Part shown: positions 1 to 8,889 of the stretch, in pieces
Layout: every line of letters starts with the position of its first letter
How positions within the stretch are numbered: position 1 is the first letter of the stretch
Position numbers and translations under genes: made by a program
Notes under the pieces: generated by a model
What the model was told of the DNA's origin: nothing
The model's database searches: none
What the model saw: the letters and a program-made list of their open reading frames with translations, nothing else
DNA from: a virus
Lineage: Duplodnaviria > Caudoviricetes
Length of the DNA: 33,408 bases
Virus record (IMG/VR): IMGVR_UViG_3300030397_000537
Span: 1-33,408 of that record
Strand: one strand, 5' to 3'

Positions 1-1
1 A

Positions 2-1396
2 AAGTTTTACGAAAGCGGCATGGCACCAGGCGGTGTTTTTGTGACAGATCAGAAGTTGAATCCTGAAGTAATGGAACGCTTTCGATCACAACTGACGCAG
101 CATTACGGCGGTATTAGCAACATGCATAAGTTTATCGTTGCGCATAGCGGTTTGAAATTTCAGTCAATGGACAAAATGAGTTTGAACGAATCGGAAGTAA
201 TGCCGCTGCTGGAGATGGACAAGGCGGAAATTGCCGATACTTTCGGCATACCCTGGGAACTGGTGAATGGCGGAAACCGCACCTATGAGAATATGTCCAC
301 GGCGATGAAATTCGTCTGGGAACAGACCCTTATTCCCCATCTGGAAAAAATTCAGCAAGGTATTGAGTGTGACCTGCTGCCGGAATTGGTTTTGAATGCT
401 GATAACGCCGTTTTCCGATTTTGGCTGGATGATGTGCCGGTATTGAAAGAAGATCGGGAAAAGAAACGGATGTTGTTTGATGCCGGTTACGACCGGGACA
501 GCATAACGCCGAATGAATACCGCCAACATGTTTTAGGATTGGAAATTCTGGATAAACCGCACATGGATTTAACAAAATCCGAAATTCCGAATTTCTTTGC
601 AGATGAAAAACAGACGGCGTTGCCTGCACCAAAATCGTTTAAAAGCCAATTTTCCACCGCTGATTTAGATGCAATTTGGCAAGAAAAAGCCGATTCTTTG
701 GAAACGGTGGAAGATGATTTTTACAAAGAAATGATTCGTTTTTTCAATGCGCAGGAAAAAGAAGTTCTGAAGCAGTTTGGCGACTTGCAAAAGTCAAAAG
801 GCGAGAAAGTGCTGAGTGTGGTTGATGCTATTTTTGATTTTGAGCGGTGGAAAGAGGAATTAGCGGAAATTGGTGATCCGATCATTGTTGAAGTGATCAC
901 CAGCGCGGCGGAGGAGTGGCTGGAAGGGGAAGCGTTTAACGCGACTGACCCGACCGTGCGATTTGCAATTGGCGAGCGCCTGCGCAAGTTTAGTGAAGGA
1001 ATCAACGACACCACAAAGCGCGCCATTCAGGACACGCTCCGCGATGGCTTTGCGCTGGATGAATCGATTGAAGAATTGAAAGACCGCATCAAAGATGTTT
1101 TCGAGGATGCGACAAACAGACGCGCCAGACTCATCGCCCGCACGGAAGCGGTTGGCGCGTCTAACTTTGGTACGCATTCCGGTTTGCAACAGGGGAAATG
1201 GCCGTATAAAACCTGGATTACCAGCCGTGATCCGCGAGTGCGGTGCAGTCATAAAATTGACGGGCAAACGGTTCCAATCGATGGTTTCTTTTTGCTGGCG
1301 AGCGGCTGCAAAGACTCATCGAACGGGAAAAGCAAGTTGTTTCCGGATGATTTTAATGAACGTTGTTTTCTGATCGGTGCGCGGCGGGCAGCATGA
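2..1396 (+). CDS. Phage portal protein (HK97-type, 5' truncated by window) fused to C-terminal Mu gpF/SPP1 gp7-like minor head domain
   Basis: Frame is open from the window edge (KFYESGMAPGG). Portal-like motifs IADTFGIPWELV, TYENMSTA, TLIPHL, ITPNEYRQ. C-terminal RARLIARTE...KTWITSRDPRVR.SH..DGQ...NERC is typical of gpF-like domains. Confidence 0.88.
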   Translation, partial: KFYESGMAPGGVFVTDQKLNPEVMERFRSQLTQHYGGISNMHKFIVAHSGLKFQSMDKMSLNESEVMPLLEMDKAEIADTFGIPWELVNGGNRTYENMSTAMKFVWEQTLIPHLEKIQQGIECDLLPELVLNADNAVFRFWLDDVPVLKEDREKKRMLFDAGYDRDSITPNEYRQHVLGLEILDKPHMDLTKSEIPNFFADEKQTALPAPKSFKSQFSTADLDAIWQEKADSLETVEDDFYKEMIRFFNAQEKEVLKQFGDLQKSKGEKVLSVVDAIFDFERWKEELAEIGDPIIVEVITSAAEEWLEGEAFNATDPTVRFAIGERLRKFSEGINDTTKRAIQDTLRDGFALDESIEELKDRIKDVFEDATNRRARLIARTEAVGASNFGTHSGLQQGKWPYKTWITSRDPRVRCSHKIDGQTVPIDGFFLLASGCKDSSNGKSKLFPDDFNERCFLIGARRAA

Positions 1397-1495
1397 TCAG
1401 TTTTTTTCTGCAATGCCCTTTTACCGGAAATATTGAGTTTGGGCATGATGTAAAATTTAAAGGGAAGTATAAAGTCTATTTTTTGGGAAACCGAT

Positions 1496-2863
1496 ATGAA
1501 TTTAGAACAGATTCGGAAAGACATGGAAATAAGCCTGGCGAACGTGAAAAACGTGAACGGCAGCAAAGGGATTATTGATTTTGTTCATACAACAATGGCC
1601 GTTGACCGTGATCGGGAAGTCATAAAAAGCGATGGCGTTGATTTTGCCAACTATCAAAACGATCCGGTGTTTTTGTGGAGCCACAATCGCAACATTCCGT
1701 CTATTGGCCGCACATTAATTGACCGTGTCAAATTTGACACAAACCAGCTTGTCGGGCCGGTTCAGTTTGATGTAGATAACGATCCTTTTGCGGAAATGAT
1801 TTTTAAAAAGTATGAAGGCAAGTTTTTGCACGCGGTTTCCATTGGTTTTATTCCAAAAGCGATTGGTGAGCCAATTAAGGATGGACAAACCGGCGTGACG
1901 ATTGAAGAATGGGAATGGCTAGAGACATCAGCGGTGAACATTCCCGCCAACCCGGAAGCATTGAGGAAAGAATATGAAGTCGCTCAAAAAGGAAGTTATG
2001 CAAGCTTTGCTGAACCGTATTATGGCGAAATTAAAAGATATGGCGATCTCTATTTACCGGAATTTAAAAAAAAGGTAATGTTTTTTGTAGAGCAGAATGT
2101 TTGTCAGCCGAAAGAAAAAATTGCACCTTCGGCACTTTTATACCAGTTCGAGAACTCTTATGAGTGGATTAGTGAAAAGCTGCATCAGGCGTTACCGGCT
2201 TACATGGTTGCCAATAATTCCACAATTGGTTTTAACCCGGATTGGGATTGGTGGAACGTTGTTAGCACCTTTGAAAAAGAGTTTCTTTTTGTGGTTTTTA
2301 ATGGCCCAATCTGGGAAGAATCCCCGGTTTTTAAAGCAGCTTACACCGTTTCCGAAGGTGCAGTAACTATTACAGGCGAACCAATGCCGGTAAAAATTGA
2401 AATGTCCATTATTGAACGGGCTTTTGAAAATGTGCCGGAAGAAAAACGCAAACTTTGGGAACGGGATTATGAATTGTCAAGTGTGGATATTGATCCGGAA
2501 AATGAAACGCTGGTAACAACAGATGGCATTGATAAAGAATTTCCTCATCACATTCTGTTGGGAAAAGAAGATGGCACAAAAGAAAACTTTGTGGTCTGGA
2601 AACTGGTCGCGTCTGCTATGATTGACATGGTAAAATCCGATATTCCGATAGAAACGAAAAAAAAATATTACGAGCACCTGGCGGGCCATTACCGGGAATT
2701 TAAGAAGAATGTGCCGGATTTCTATTTCAAGGATGAATCCGGCGATGAACCGGACATTCTACAGGATTTGCAAGACATTTTAAACGAGAATGATTTGATT
2801 GAAGATTGTGAAACATTAATGCAGGAAGCTTTTATAAACGAAGTTTTAAGCAATTTAGAATAA
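1496..2863 (+). CDS. HK97-family prohead protease with long C-terminal extension
   Basis: VDRDREVI, PVFLWSHN, IGR, LHAVSIGF, LETSAVNIPANPEA; lies between portal and capsid. Confidence 0.92.
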   Translation: MNLEQIRKDMEISLANVKNVNGSKGIIDFVHTTMAVDRDREVIKSDGVDFANYQNDPVFLWSHNRNIPSIGRTLIDRVKFDTNQLVGPVQFDVDNDPFAEMIFKKYEGKFLHAVSIGFIPKAIGEPIKDGQTGVTIEEWEWLETSAVNIPANPEALRKEYEVAQKGSYASFAEPYYGEIKRYGDLYLPEFKKKVMFFVEQNVCQPKEKIAPSALLYQFENSYEWISEKLHQALPAYMVANNSTIGFNPDWDWWNVVSTFEKEFLFVVFNGPIWEESPVFKAAYTVSEGAVTITGEPMPVKIEMSIIERAFENVPEEKRKLWERDYELSSVDIDPENETLVTTDGIDKEFPHHILLGKEDGTKENFVVWKLVASAMIDMVKSDIPIETKKKYYEHLAGHYREFKKNVPDFYFKDESGDEPDILQDLQDILNENDLIEDCETLMQEAFINEVLSNLE

Positions 2864-3029
2864 AATAAATTTACCCCTTTCCGGGTAATGCTTTTGATTG
2901 TTCGAATGCCGAGCGCAATGGACGTGACAAGAGTGAAGCAGGCGAAGGAATGCCGATCAAGAAACGTCATAGAACGTGCGGAAAGATCGTTTTGGGTTGT
3001 TTTACGAAACCAAAAACGAGGCAAGAACA

Positions 3030-4601
3030 ATGAGTTATGATTTAAAGAATTTGACAGAAAATGAACGCCGTCAGCTTGCAGCGCGAGTGACGGAGTTTAT
3101 TGCAGAAATCCGCAAAGAAGGGAATGATCCTTCCCAAAGCGGTGAAGTGAAAGAAATTGTGAATAAAGAATTTGACGCGGCTGCGGCTGCGGCTGCAAAA
3201 GCAGCGCACGAAAAGATGGAAAAACAGATTGCGGATCGCTTTGAAGCGATGGAAAAAAAGTTTTCCGAAATATCGAATTTTAATATTGGCAATGGCCTTT
3301 ATGACGGTAATTTGACTGGCCGTATTGATTATGGTAAGGTTGGCGTCAATCTTTCCGATAAAATGAACCCTTTCAGTTTTTCCGGCAAGATGATGATGAC
3401 CGGCAAAGTACTGCGCAGCTATCATTCTGAAAGCGTGGCCCACAAAATCCAAGTTTTGCAGAAATTGCAAGATCAGGCTTACATTGTCGGAAAATTGCTT
3501 TCCAAATCCTTAGAAATCCCCTATGCCCAGGCGGTTTTTCATTCCAAAACATTTGGATTAATCCGCGAAATGTTGAAGGGTGATACTGAACTGGCTAAAG
3601 CGGTCAATACATCCACGACGGCGCAGGGCGCGGAATTGATTCCGACCGGCATGAGCGGGCGTATTTTGGAGCGCGTTGATCTTATGAATGTGGCCTTTGG
3701 CCTGTTTGAAGCGATCAATATGCCGACCAATCCCTACGAACATCCGGTAAACACCGGCGATACGCAGGTTTATTCTATCACGGAAAACACAACGGACAAT
3801 CCTACGCTCGCCAGCAATGCAGTAACGGCTTCCACTCCCCCGACCGGGAATTTTGTTTTCTCGGCGAAGGGATTGGGCGTCCGGGTGCGTGTTTCTTACC
3901 GGGCGTTGGAAGATGCGATTATTAACCTGATTCCCTACATCGAAGATGAGATGTTTAAAGGAATGAACGACGGCCAGGATGACGCGATTATTAACGGTGA
4001 CGATTCCGCAACACATCAGGATAGCGACACTCACGCCGGTTCTGCCAAATTGCCAGCAAAGTTGTGGAAAGGCTTGCGCTATTATGGCCTAAACGCGGCT
4101 GCCGGCGGTGTGGATTTTAGCAACGGTGATCCTTCGTTGGCATTAATGCAGCAAGTAATGCTGGAATCAAACAAATACGCGGCAGTTCCTTCGGATCAAG
4201 CCTGGATGATGGGCGCAAAGGTTTATACAAAGGCGCGCACTACTGACGGATTGAAGGTGTTGAGCTTGAACGATTACGGCCCGCAAGCAACGGTTTTAAC
4301 CGGTGAACTTGGTCAGTGGGAAGGTTCCCCGATTGTGCCTGCGAAGTATTGCCGTGAAAACCTGAACGCATCCGGCGTTTATGACGGCACAACCACGGAT
4401 CGCGGTACAATTAAATATGTGCATCGCCCTGGCTTCAAAATCGGCTTGCTTGGGCAGGTTTTGTTGGAAACGGATCGGGATATTGAAAATCAGCAGCAAG
4501 TTTTGGTTGCCAGTCGCTGGTTTCAATTTAAGTCTCCCTGGGATCCGACGAATGCAGCTTACCCTTTTGTCAGCATTGGGTATAACGTCAAAACGACGTA
4601 A
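3030..4601 (+). CDS. Major capsid protein (HK97 fold) with N-terminal coiled-coil delta/scaffold domain
   Basis: ATG 3030 follows GAGG. Charged helical N-terminus, then AKAVNTSTTAQGAELIPT, VSYRALEDA, DDAIINGD, WEGSPIV. Confidence 0.92.
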   Translation: MSYDLKNLTENERRQLAARVTEFIAEIRKEGNDPSQSGEVKEIVNKEFDAAAAAAAKAAHEKMEKQIADRFEAMEKKFSEISNFNIGNGLYDGNLTGRIDYGKVGVNLSDKMNPFSFSGKMMMTGKVLRSYHSESVAHKIQVLQKLQDQAYIVGKLLSKSLEIPYAQAVFHSKTFGLIREMLKGDTELAKAVNTSTTAQGAELIPTGMSGRILERVDLMNVAFGLFEAINMPTNPYEHPVNTGDTQVYSITENTTDNPTLASNAVTASTPPTGNFVFSAKGLGVRVRVSYRALEDAIINLIPYIEDEMFKGMNDGQDDAIINGDDSATHQDSDTHAGSAKLPAKLWKGLRYYGLNAAAGGVDFSNGDPSLALMQQVMLESNKYAAVPSDQAWMMGAKVYTKARTTDGLKVLSLNDYGPQATVLTGELGQWEGSPIVPAKYCRENLNASGVYDGTTTDRGTIKYVHRPGFKIGLLGQVLLETDRDIENQQQVLVASRWFQFKSPWDPTNAAYPFVSIGYNVKTT

Positions 4602-4616
4602 TGTGAATTCTTTTAA

Positions 4617-4650
4617 AGCCGTGCCGGTTTAATTCCGGCGCGGTTGTTTC
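4617..4650 (+). terminator. Probable intrinsic terminator after capsid gene
   Basis: Stem AGCCGTGCCGG/CCGGCGCGGTT followed by GTTTC, 15 nt after the capsid stop. Confidence 0.6.
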
Positions 4651-4675
4651 AATCCTTTTAAAACGGAGTTGTTGA

Positions 4676-4990
4676 TTGGAGAATGAATCTATCATCATTT
4701 TAAGTGGGCTTTTTGGTGGCGGTGGTCTGGTTTCTGTTATGTTAAAGTGGATAACCGGGCAGTTAACAAAGGCAATTGAGGCGGTTCAAGAATCGGTCAA
4801 GGCTGTTTCTCTTATGCAGGTTGAACTTTATAAACTTTTTTTGGCGCACGATGCTCAAATTCGGGGAATAAACCCGACAGCGGGGAAAGATGACCAGGAA
4901 AGACATAGTGAGGCAGCTAAAAATTATTATAAGCTTCGTGAATCTCTTGAATCGATAGAGTTGTCAATAAAGAACAATGGGAATAAATAA
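4676..4990 (+). CDS. Small membrane protein (N-terminal TM plus coiled coil; holin-like)
   Basis: GGAG RBS, TTG start; hydrophobic IIILSGLFGGGGLVSVML followed by a helical tail. Confidence 0.5.
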   Translation: MENESIIILSGLFGGGGLVSVMLKWITGQLTKAIEAVQESVKAVSLMQVELYKLFLAHDAQIRGINPTAGKDDQERHSEAAKNYYKLRESLESIELSIKNNGNK

Positions 4991-5002
4991 CAGGAGAAAA
5001 TT

Positions 5003-5254
5003 TTGACTTTTCAAAAAGTTCAGTATATCGGAAAAACGTTGAAGCGGCCTTATAAAGGGCTGGACAAATTCAACAAAAATGCGCCGGTGCGTTTTGCAAT
5101 TGGTGATGAAGGCGTGATTTCGAAAAAATGTGCAGACGCTTTGGTGAAGGATTTCCCGGAAGATTTTAAGTTGCTGGGCCAGCCTTTTGACGAAGGTGAA
5201 GAAAAAAACCGGAAGAAGCCTGGGACACGCGGTTCTCGAAAGGTCGTGGAATGA
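5003..5254 (+). CDS. Hypothetical head-region protein
   Basis: AGGAG RBS, TTG start; stop overlaps the next ATG (ATGA). Confidence 0.6.
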   Translation: MTFQKVQYIGKTLKRPYKGLDKFNKNAPVRFAIGDEGVISKKCADALVKDFPEDFKLLGQPFDEGEEKNRKKPGTRGSRKVVE

Positions 5255-5607
5255 TTACCGCATTTTTTCACCGTTTAACCGAGAGAAATTGGGGTTTTCC
5301 CTGGCACATTATCCTAGCGTATCAAGGCGTTTTTGCTTTTGCGGCGTTGATGTTTATTGTCGCTGGCTGGCTCGGTTGGCATCCGGCAATTTATTTGTAT
5401 GGGGTGATTCCCGGTATAGCAACGCTGGCGCTTGGCTATGGTTACGAAGTTCGGCAGCAGAAGAAAGAAGGGTCGGTTCACAACAGGGAAGATGCGCGGC
5501 GGGAGTTTTTGGAAGATATGGCCGGTAATCTTGCCGGTGTTATTCTGGCTGCGGTTTCTTTTTACATCACTTATCAAGTTATCGCAAAGGCGTTTTTAAA
5601 TGTATAG
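5251..5607 (+). CDS. Membrane protein with about 3 TM helices (holin-like candidate)
   Basis: Three hydrophobic segments; overlaps both neighbouring genes. Confidence 0.55.
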   Translation: MITAFFHRLTERNWGFPWHIILAYQGVFAFAALMFIVAGWLGWHPAIYLYGVIPGIATLALGYGYEVRQQKKEGSVHNREDARREFLEDMAGNLAGVILAAVSFYITYQVIAKAFLNV

Positions 5608-6523
5608 CATCGTTACAACAGACAACATTCGCGAATGGCTGAAAATTTCGGATGAAGGCGAAGAAACGACCGCCTTTTTGAACCGGTTGGCACTCGCGGT
5701 TACGCATACGGTGAATAAACACCTGATGCGTAAGCTGTTGAATGATGATTATACGGAAATTTACGACGGGCCGCCGGGAAAAGAGCTTGTTTTAAACCAA
5801 TACCCGGTTTTCGACAACGGCAGCAATTTTACACTGTATGAAGATGCAGAACGCACTTTCGCGGCGGCTTCTATTGTGGCGGCAACGGATTATCGTATAA
5901 ATACCTCCTCTGGAATCGTCACGCTGTATAATCGTGACTTTAATGCGGGTTCTGGAACAGTGAAAGTCGTTTACAATGCCGGTGTTACAACCATCTCCTG
6001 TAACACCGGCGTAAACGATACTTTTGTGATAGAGCGCAGCGGAACGGATCACACGATTACTCTTGCTGCCGGTGACTACACGACAGCGCAATTGGTGACG
6101 CAAATTCAATCCAAAATCGACGCTGCTAGCATTGCCGGTGATGCGATAACAGTGAGCTATAACCCAAAATTGATGCAGTTTTTGTTTTCTTCCGATTCTT
6201 CTTTCAAAGTTGAATTTGGTTTGTGGAACGCCGCGAATGAATTGCTTGGGTTTGATAGCGATATTGAGTTAACCGCGAATCAAAACGGAACGGTTTATGA
6301 GGTTTGTTCCAGCAAGCAAGTTGTGTTTACACCGGAGGACATTGTGACCGCTTGCAATATGATTATTCAGCACTGGTTTCAATCTTCCAATCGCGGCAGC
6401 AATACGCTGGGTGTGAAATCGCAGCGGGTGCAAGGCGATACGGTTACGGAATATGTGAAAAAGGGCATCCCGGAAGATGCGAAACAGATTCTAAGTTGCT
6501 ATAAACGGGAGATCCCGGTTTAA
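5600..6523 (+). CDS. Head-tail connector/adaptor (gp6/gp15-like) with an inserted domain
   Basis: N-terminal IREWLKI...LNRLALAVT..VNKHLMRKL, EIYDG, LNQYPV, VVYNAG; C-terminal PEDIVTAC...IPEDAKQILSCYKR. Confidence 0.8.
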   Translation: MYSIVTTDNIREWLKISDEGEETTAFLNRLALAVTHTVNKHLMRKLLNDDYTEIYDGPPGKELVLNQYPVFDNGSNFTLYEDAERTFAAASIVAATDYRINTSSGIVTLYNRDFNAGSGTVKVVYNAGVTTISCNTGVNDTFVIERSGTDHTITLAAGDYTTAQLVTQIQSKIDAASIAGDAITVSYNPKLMQFLFSSDSSFKVEFGLWNAANELLGFDSDIELTANQNGTVYEVCSSKQVVFTPEDIVTACNMIIQHWFQSSNRGSNTLGVKSQRVQGDTVTEYVKKGIPEDAKQILSCYKREIPV

Positions 6524-7122
6524 TGGAATACCAATACAAAATCGATGATGCGGAAGCGTTGAAAACGTTTCAGACTTTCGAGAAAGAAAGAACGGAAGTT
6601 TTCAAGGTGGCTGTGGTGCAGTCTATGCGCTTGGTTGGGCTTTCCGCTACATCGGATTTTATGCAGAATACATTTAACCAGGATGACGGCAGTTTTGGCC
6701 CAAGAGCGGACAATAGCAAGCTGAGAATAATGACCAGCCGTTTAGCGCGTTCATTGACCGGCGGTTTTGATTTTTCCGGGGAAAATGTGCAGGGCGTTCG
6801 TGAAGGCATCCGCCGGATCCGGAAAAGTAAAAAACAGGTGCGCGGTGAATTCGGTTCGAAAGTGCCTTATGCTGCGACGCATGAATTTGGCGATGAAAGG
6901 CCGGTTACCAATCGGCAAAGAGCTTATTTCCTATACCGGCACGGCGAAACGAATGCGGATTTTTCGAAATGGCTGGCGATGGCTTTCCCGAAAAGTGGGA
7001 AACTGAAATACCCGAAAAGGCCGTTTTTGAATCCGGCTTTGGAAGCGAACCGGGAAGAAATACGGGATTTGTTTATAAAAAGGGTTAACGAATTAACAAG
7101 GAAGCTGAACAGTGGCAATTAA
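6523..7122 (+). CDS. HK97 gp10/Mu gpG-like virion morphogenesis (neck/tail completion) protein
   Basis: TSRLARSL, GSKVPYAATHEFG and PKRPFLNPA motifs. Confidence 0.82.
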   Translation: MEYQYKIDDAEALKTFQTFEKERTEVFKVAVVQSMRLVGLSATSDFMQNTFNQDDGSFGPRADNSKLRIMTSRLARSLTGGFDFSGENVQGVREGIRRIRKSKKQVRGEFGSKVPYAATHEFGDERPVTNRQRAYFLYRHGETNADFSKWLAMAFPKSGKLKYPKRPFLNPALEANREEIRDLFIKRVNELTRKLNSGN

Positions 7123-7615
7123 AAGCCCGCACAGACAGATTTTAGAGAATTTGCGCGATGCGCTTTTGAAGATAAATCCGCAAGCCGGTTATGGATCGAA
7201 CGTGGAAGCTGTTACGTTCCGCTTTCTTCTGCCGGAGGAAGTAAAAAAGGATTACACAATTTGCATTGTCGCCGGCGATGCTGCTTTGACACCGTTGATG
7301 ATAAACACCTATACGACAAACAGCGTTGCGGGGCGAAGCATTGTCACACGAGGTAGAGAGGCGGACGGCTGGCGAATTGTTCTTGTTGGTTATTTGCGAA
7401 CAAAGGCGGATGAGGATAAAAGCGGTGAAACATCTTTGCTGTTGCTGGATTTTTTGAATGACGTTTTGAAAAAGATCATGTCTGACCGCCTGGTTGCTTC
7501 GGATAGCACGCTTTGTTTGAATGGTATTTATCCGAAGGGCTGGGAAATACACACAAATGTGGGACAAAATATTCACGCTTTTAATTTGCCGTTGGGGATT
7601 GGGTTTGATTTATAA
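7112..7615 (+). CDS. Putative tail terminator/completion protein
   Basis: RQILENLRDALLKINPQAGYGSNV start resembles phage tail terminators; position just before the tail tube. Confidence 0.6.
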   Translation: MAIKSPHRQILENLRDALLKINPQAGYGSNVEAVTFRFLLPEEVKKDYTICIVAGDAALTPLMINTYTTNSVAGRSIVTRGREADGWRIVLVGYLRTKADEDKSGETSLLLLDFLNDVLKKIMSDRLVASDSTLCLNGIYPKGWEIHTNVGQNIHAFNLPLGIGFDL

Positions 7616-7811
7616 ATCACTTAAAGCGGATGAGGATGCACGTTGTGTTTTTATCAATCAAAAAACAACAAGCAGAAAGTTCGGTTTGGCGTGCAATCAT
7701 TTGCTCGCAAAACGAAACAGCGCGGGACAATTGGCGGGGAAATTTAATTGCAGGCATTGCAAAACAAAATATGAAATTATTGACAATAAACTAATCGTTT
7801 TGGAGGTCTAA
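7605..7811 (+). CDS. Com-like zinc-finger protein
   Basis: RC-x15-CNHLLAK...KFNCRHCKT resembles Mu Com (RCxxCNKLLxK...RCPRCK). TTG start after GGGGA is inferred; start uncertain. Confidence 0.6.
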   Translation: MIYKSLKADEDARCVFINQKTTSRKFGLACNHLLAKRNSAGQLAGKFNCRHCKTKYEIIDNKLIVLEV

Positions 7812-7812
7812 A

Positions 7813-8889
7813 ATGAGTATTACGGGAACACCCTCAACCGGCATTGGCAGCAGGCTAACGCTGGGCAAAGAATCGACCTGGGGAACCGGCGTAACGGTGA
7901 CGGATTTATTTCCGTATTTAAATGAAAGCATTTCCCAGGAAGGCACATTTTTGCAGAATGACCACATGAGCGGGCGCGTTGGCCGGGAGATTGCGCAGCT
8001 TTCAACAAAGTCGGTTTCCGGCGCTATCAATTTTGAGCCCGTGCTGGATACCATTGCCGGTGATCCCTACGGCTGGGAATTGATTTTGCTGGCGGCAATG
8101 GGTACCGCGACCTGGGACGCAACAAACAGCCTGAACAAATACACGCTTGCGAATACCCTTGCAACGTCTTTAACGGCGGCAATTAATAAAGAAGTTGCGA
8201 TTTGGGAATTTACCGGGCTGAAAGTAACGTCTTTGGAAATTTCCGGCGCGTTTGGCGGTTCGCTGACGGCGGTTGCAAACGTGATTGGGAAACGGCGCTA
8301 CATTACCGGCGATGCTGGCATTACCAACACAACGACAACGGTTGTGACAAACATTGCACCAACCGCAAAACCGGATTTGCTGGATTTAAAAGACGCCACA
8401 TTCCGCCTGGGCGCGCAAGGTGCGGCGCTGGCCGCTTCTGATAAATTCGCAATCGGTTCTTTTACTTTGCGGATTAACAACGGCCTTTCGGATGCGCAAT
8501 TTGCGACCTGCGAAGATACCGGCGGACATACGGACCCGGTTTACACCCTTGAACCGGCCCGAAACGACTATCGAGCAATTGAATTTGAATTTACAATCCC
8601 CCGTTATGCCGACAATCAAACCTTTACCTGGGAAAGCGGCGATACGGCTTTGCAGGCGGACTTGAAGTTTGCCGTGGGTTCAAAGCAATTCAACGTTTAT
8701 ATGCCGAATGTAAAATTTATGGAATCTCCGCAAGCGCCGGTTTCCGGCCCCGGGTTGACCGCGGTTTCCGGTAAATTGACCTGCCTGGTGAATGGCGGCA
8801 CAAATACGGATATGACTTTTACGGATACTGCTGCAATCACGAACGAGATTGGGATTGAGTTAAAAACAGCACGAACGGCGGCCCCTTAA
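7813..8889 (+). CDS. Major tail tube protein
   Basis: Strong GGAGG RBS. LGKESTWGT, VSGAINFE, FTGLKVTSLEISG, FTLRINNGL, FNVYMPNVKF; Thr/Gly/Ala-rich. Confidence 0.82.
   Translation: MSITGTPSTGIGSRLTLGKESTWGTGVTVTDLFPYLNESISQEGTFLQNDHMSGRVGREIAQLSTKSVSGAINFEPVLDTIAGDPYGWELILLAAMGTATWDATNSLNKYTLANTLATSLTAAINKEVAIWEFTGLKVTSLEISGAFGGSLTAVANVIGKRRYITGDAGITNTTTTVVTNIAPTAKPDLLDLKDATFRLGAQGAALAASDKFAIGSFTLRINNGLSDAQFATCEDTGGHTDPVYTLEPARNDYRAIEFEFTIPRYADNQTFTWESGDTALQADLKFAVGSKQFNVYMPNVKFMESPQAPVSGPGLTAVSGKLTCLVNGGTNTDMTFTDTAAITNEIGIELKTARTAAP

Noticed and set aside
3177-3207. GCGGCT repeats in the capsid N-terminus
   Set aside because: Encode a poly-Ala helix; only three units, with no sign of a contingency locus.
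4646-4681. GTTTCAATCC... resembling the start of a CRISPR repeat (solitary repeat/Racr)
   Set aside because: Single copy and no array; it is explained by the terminator tail plus the GGAG RBS of the next gene. A repeat-database match would be needed.
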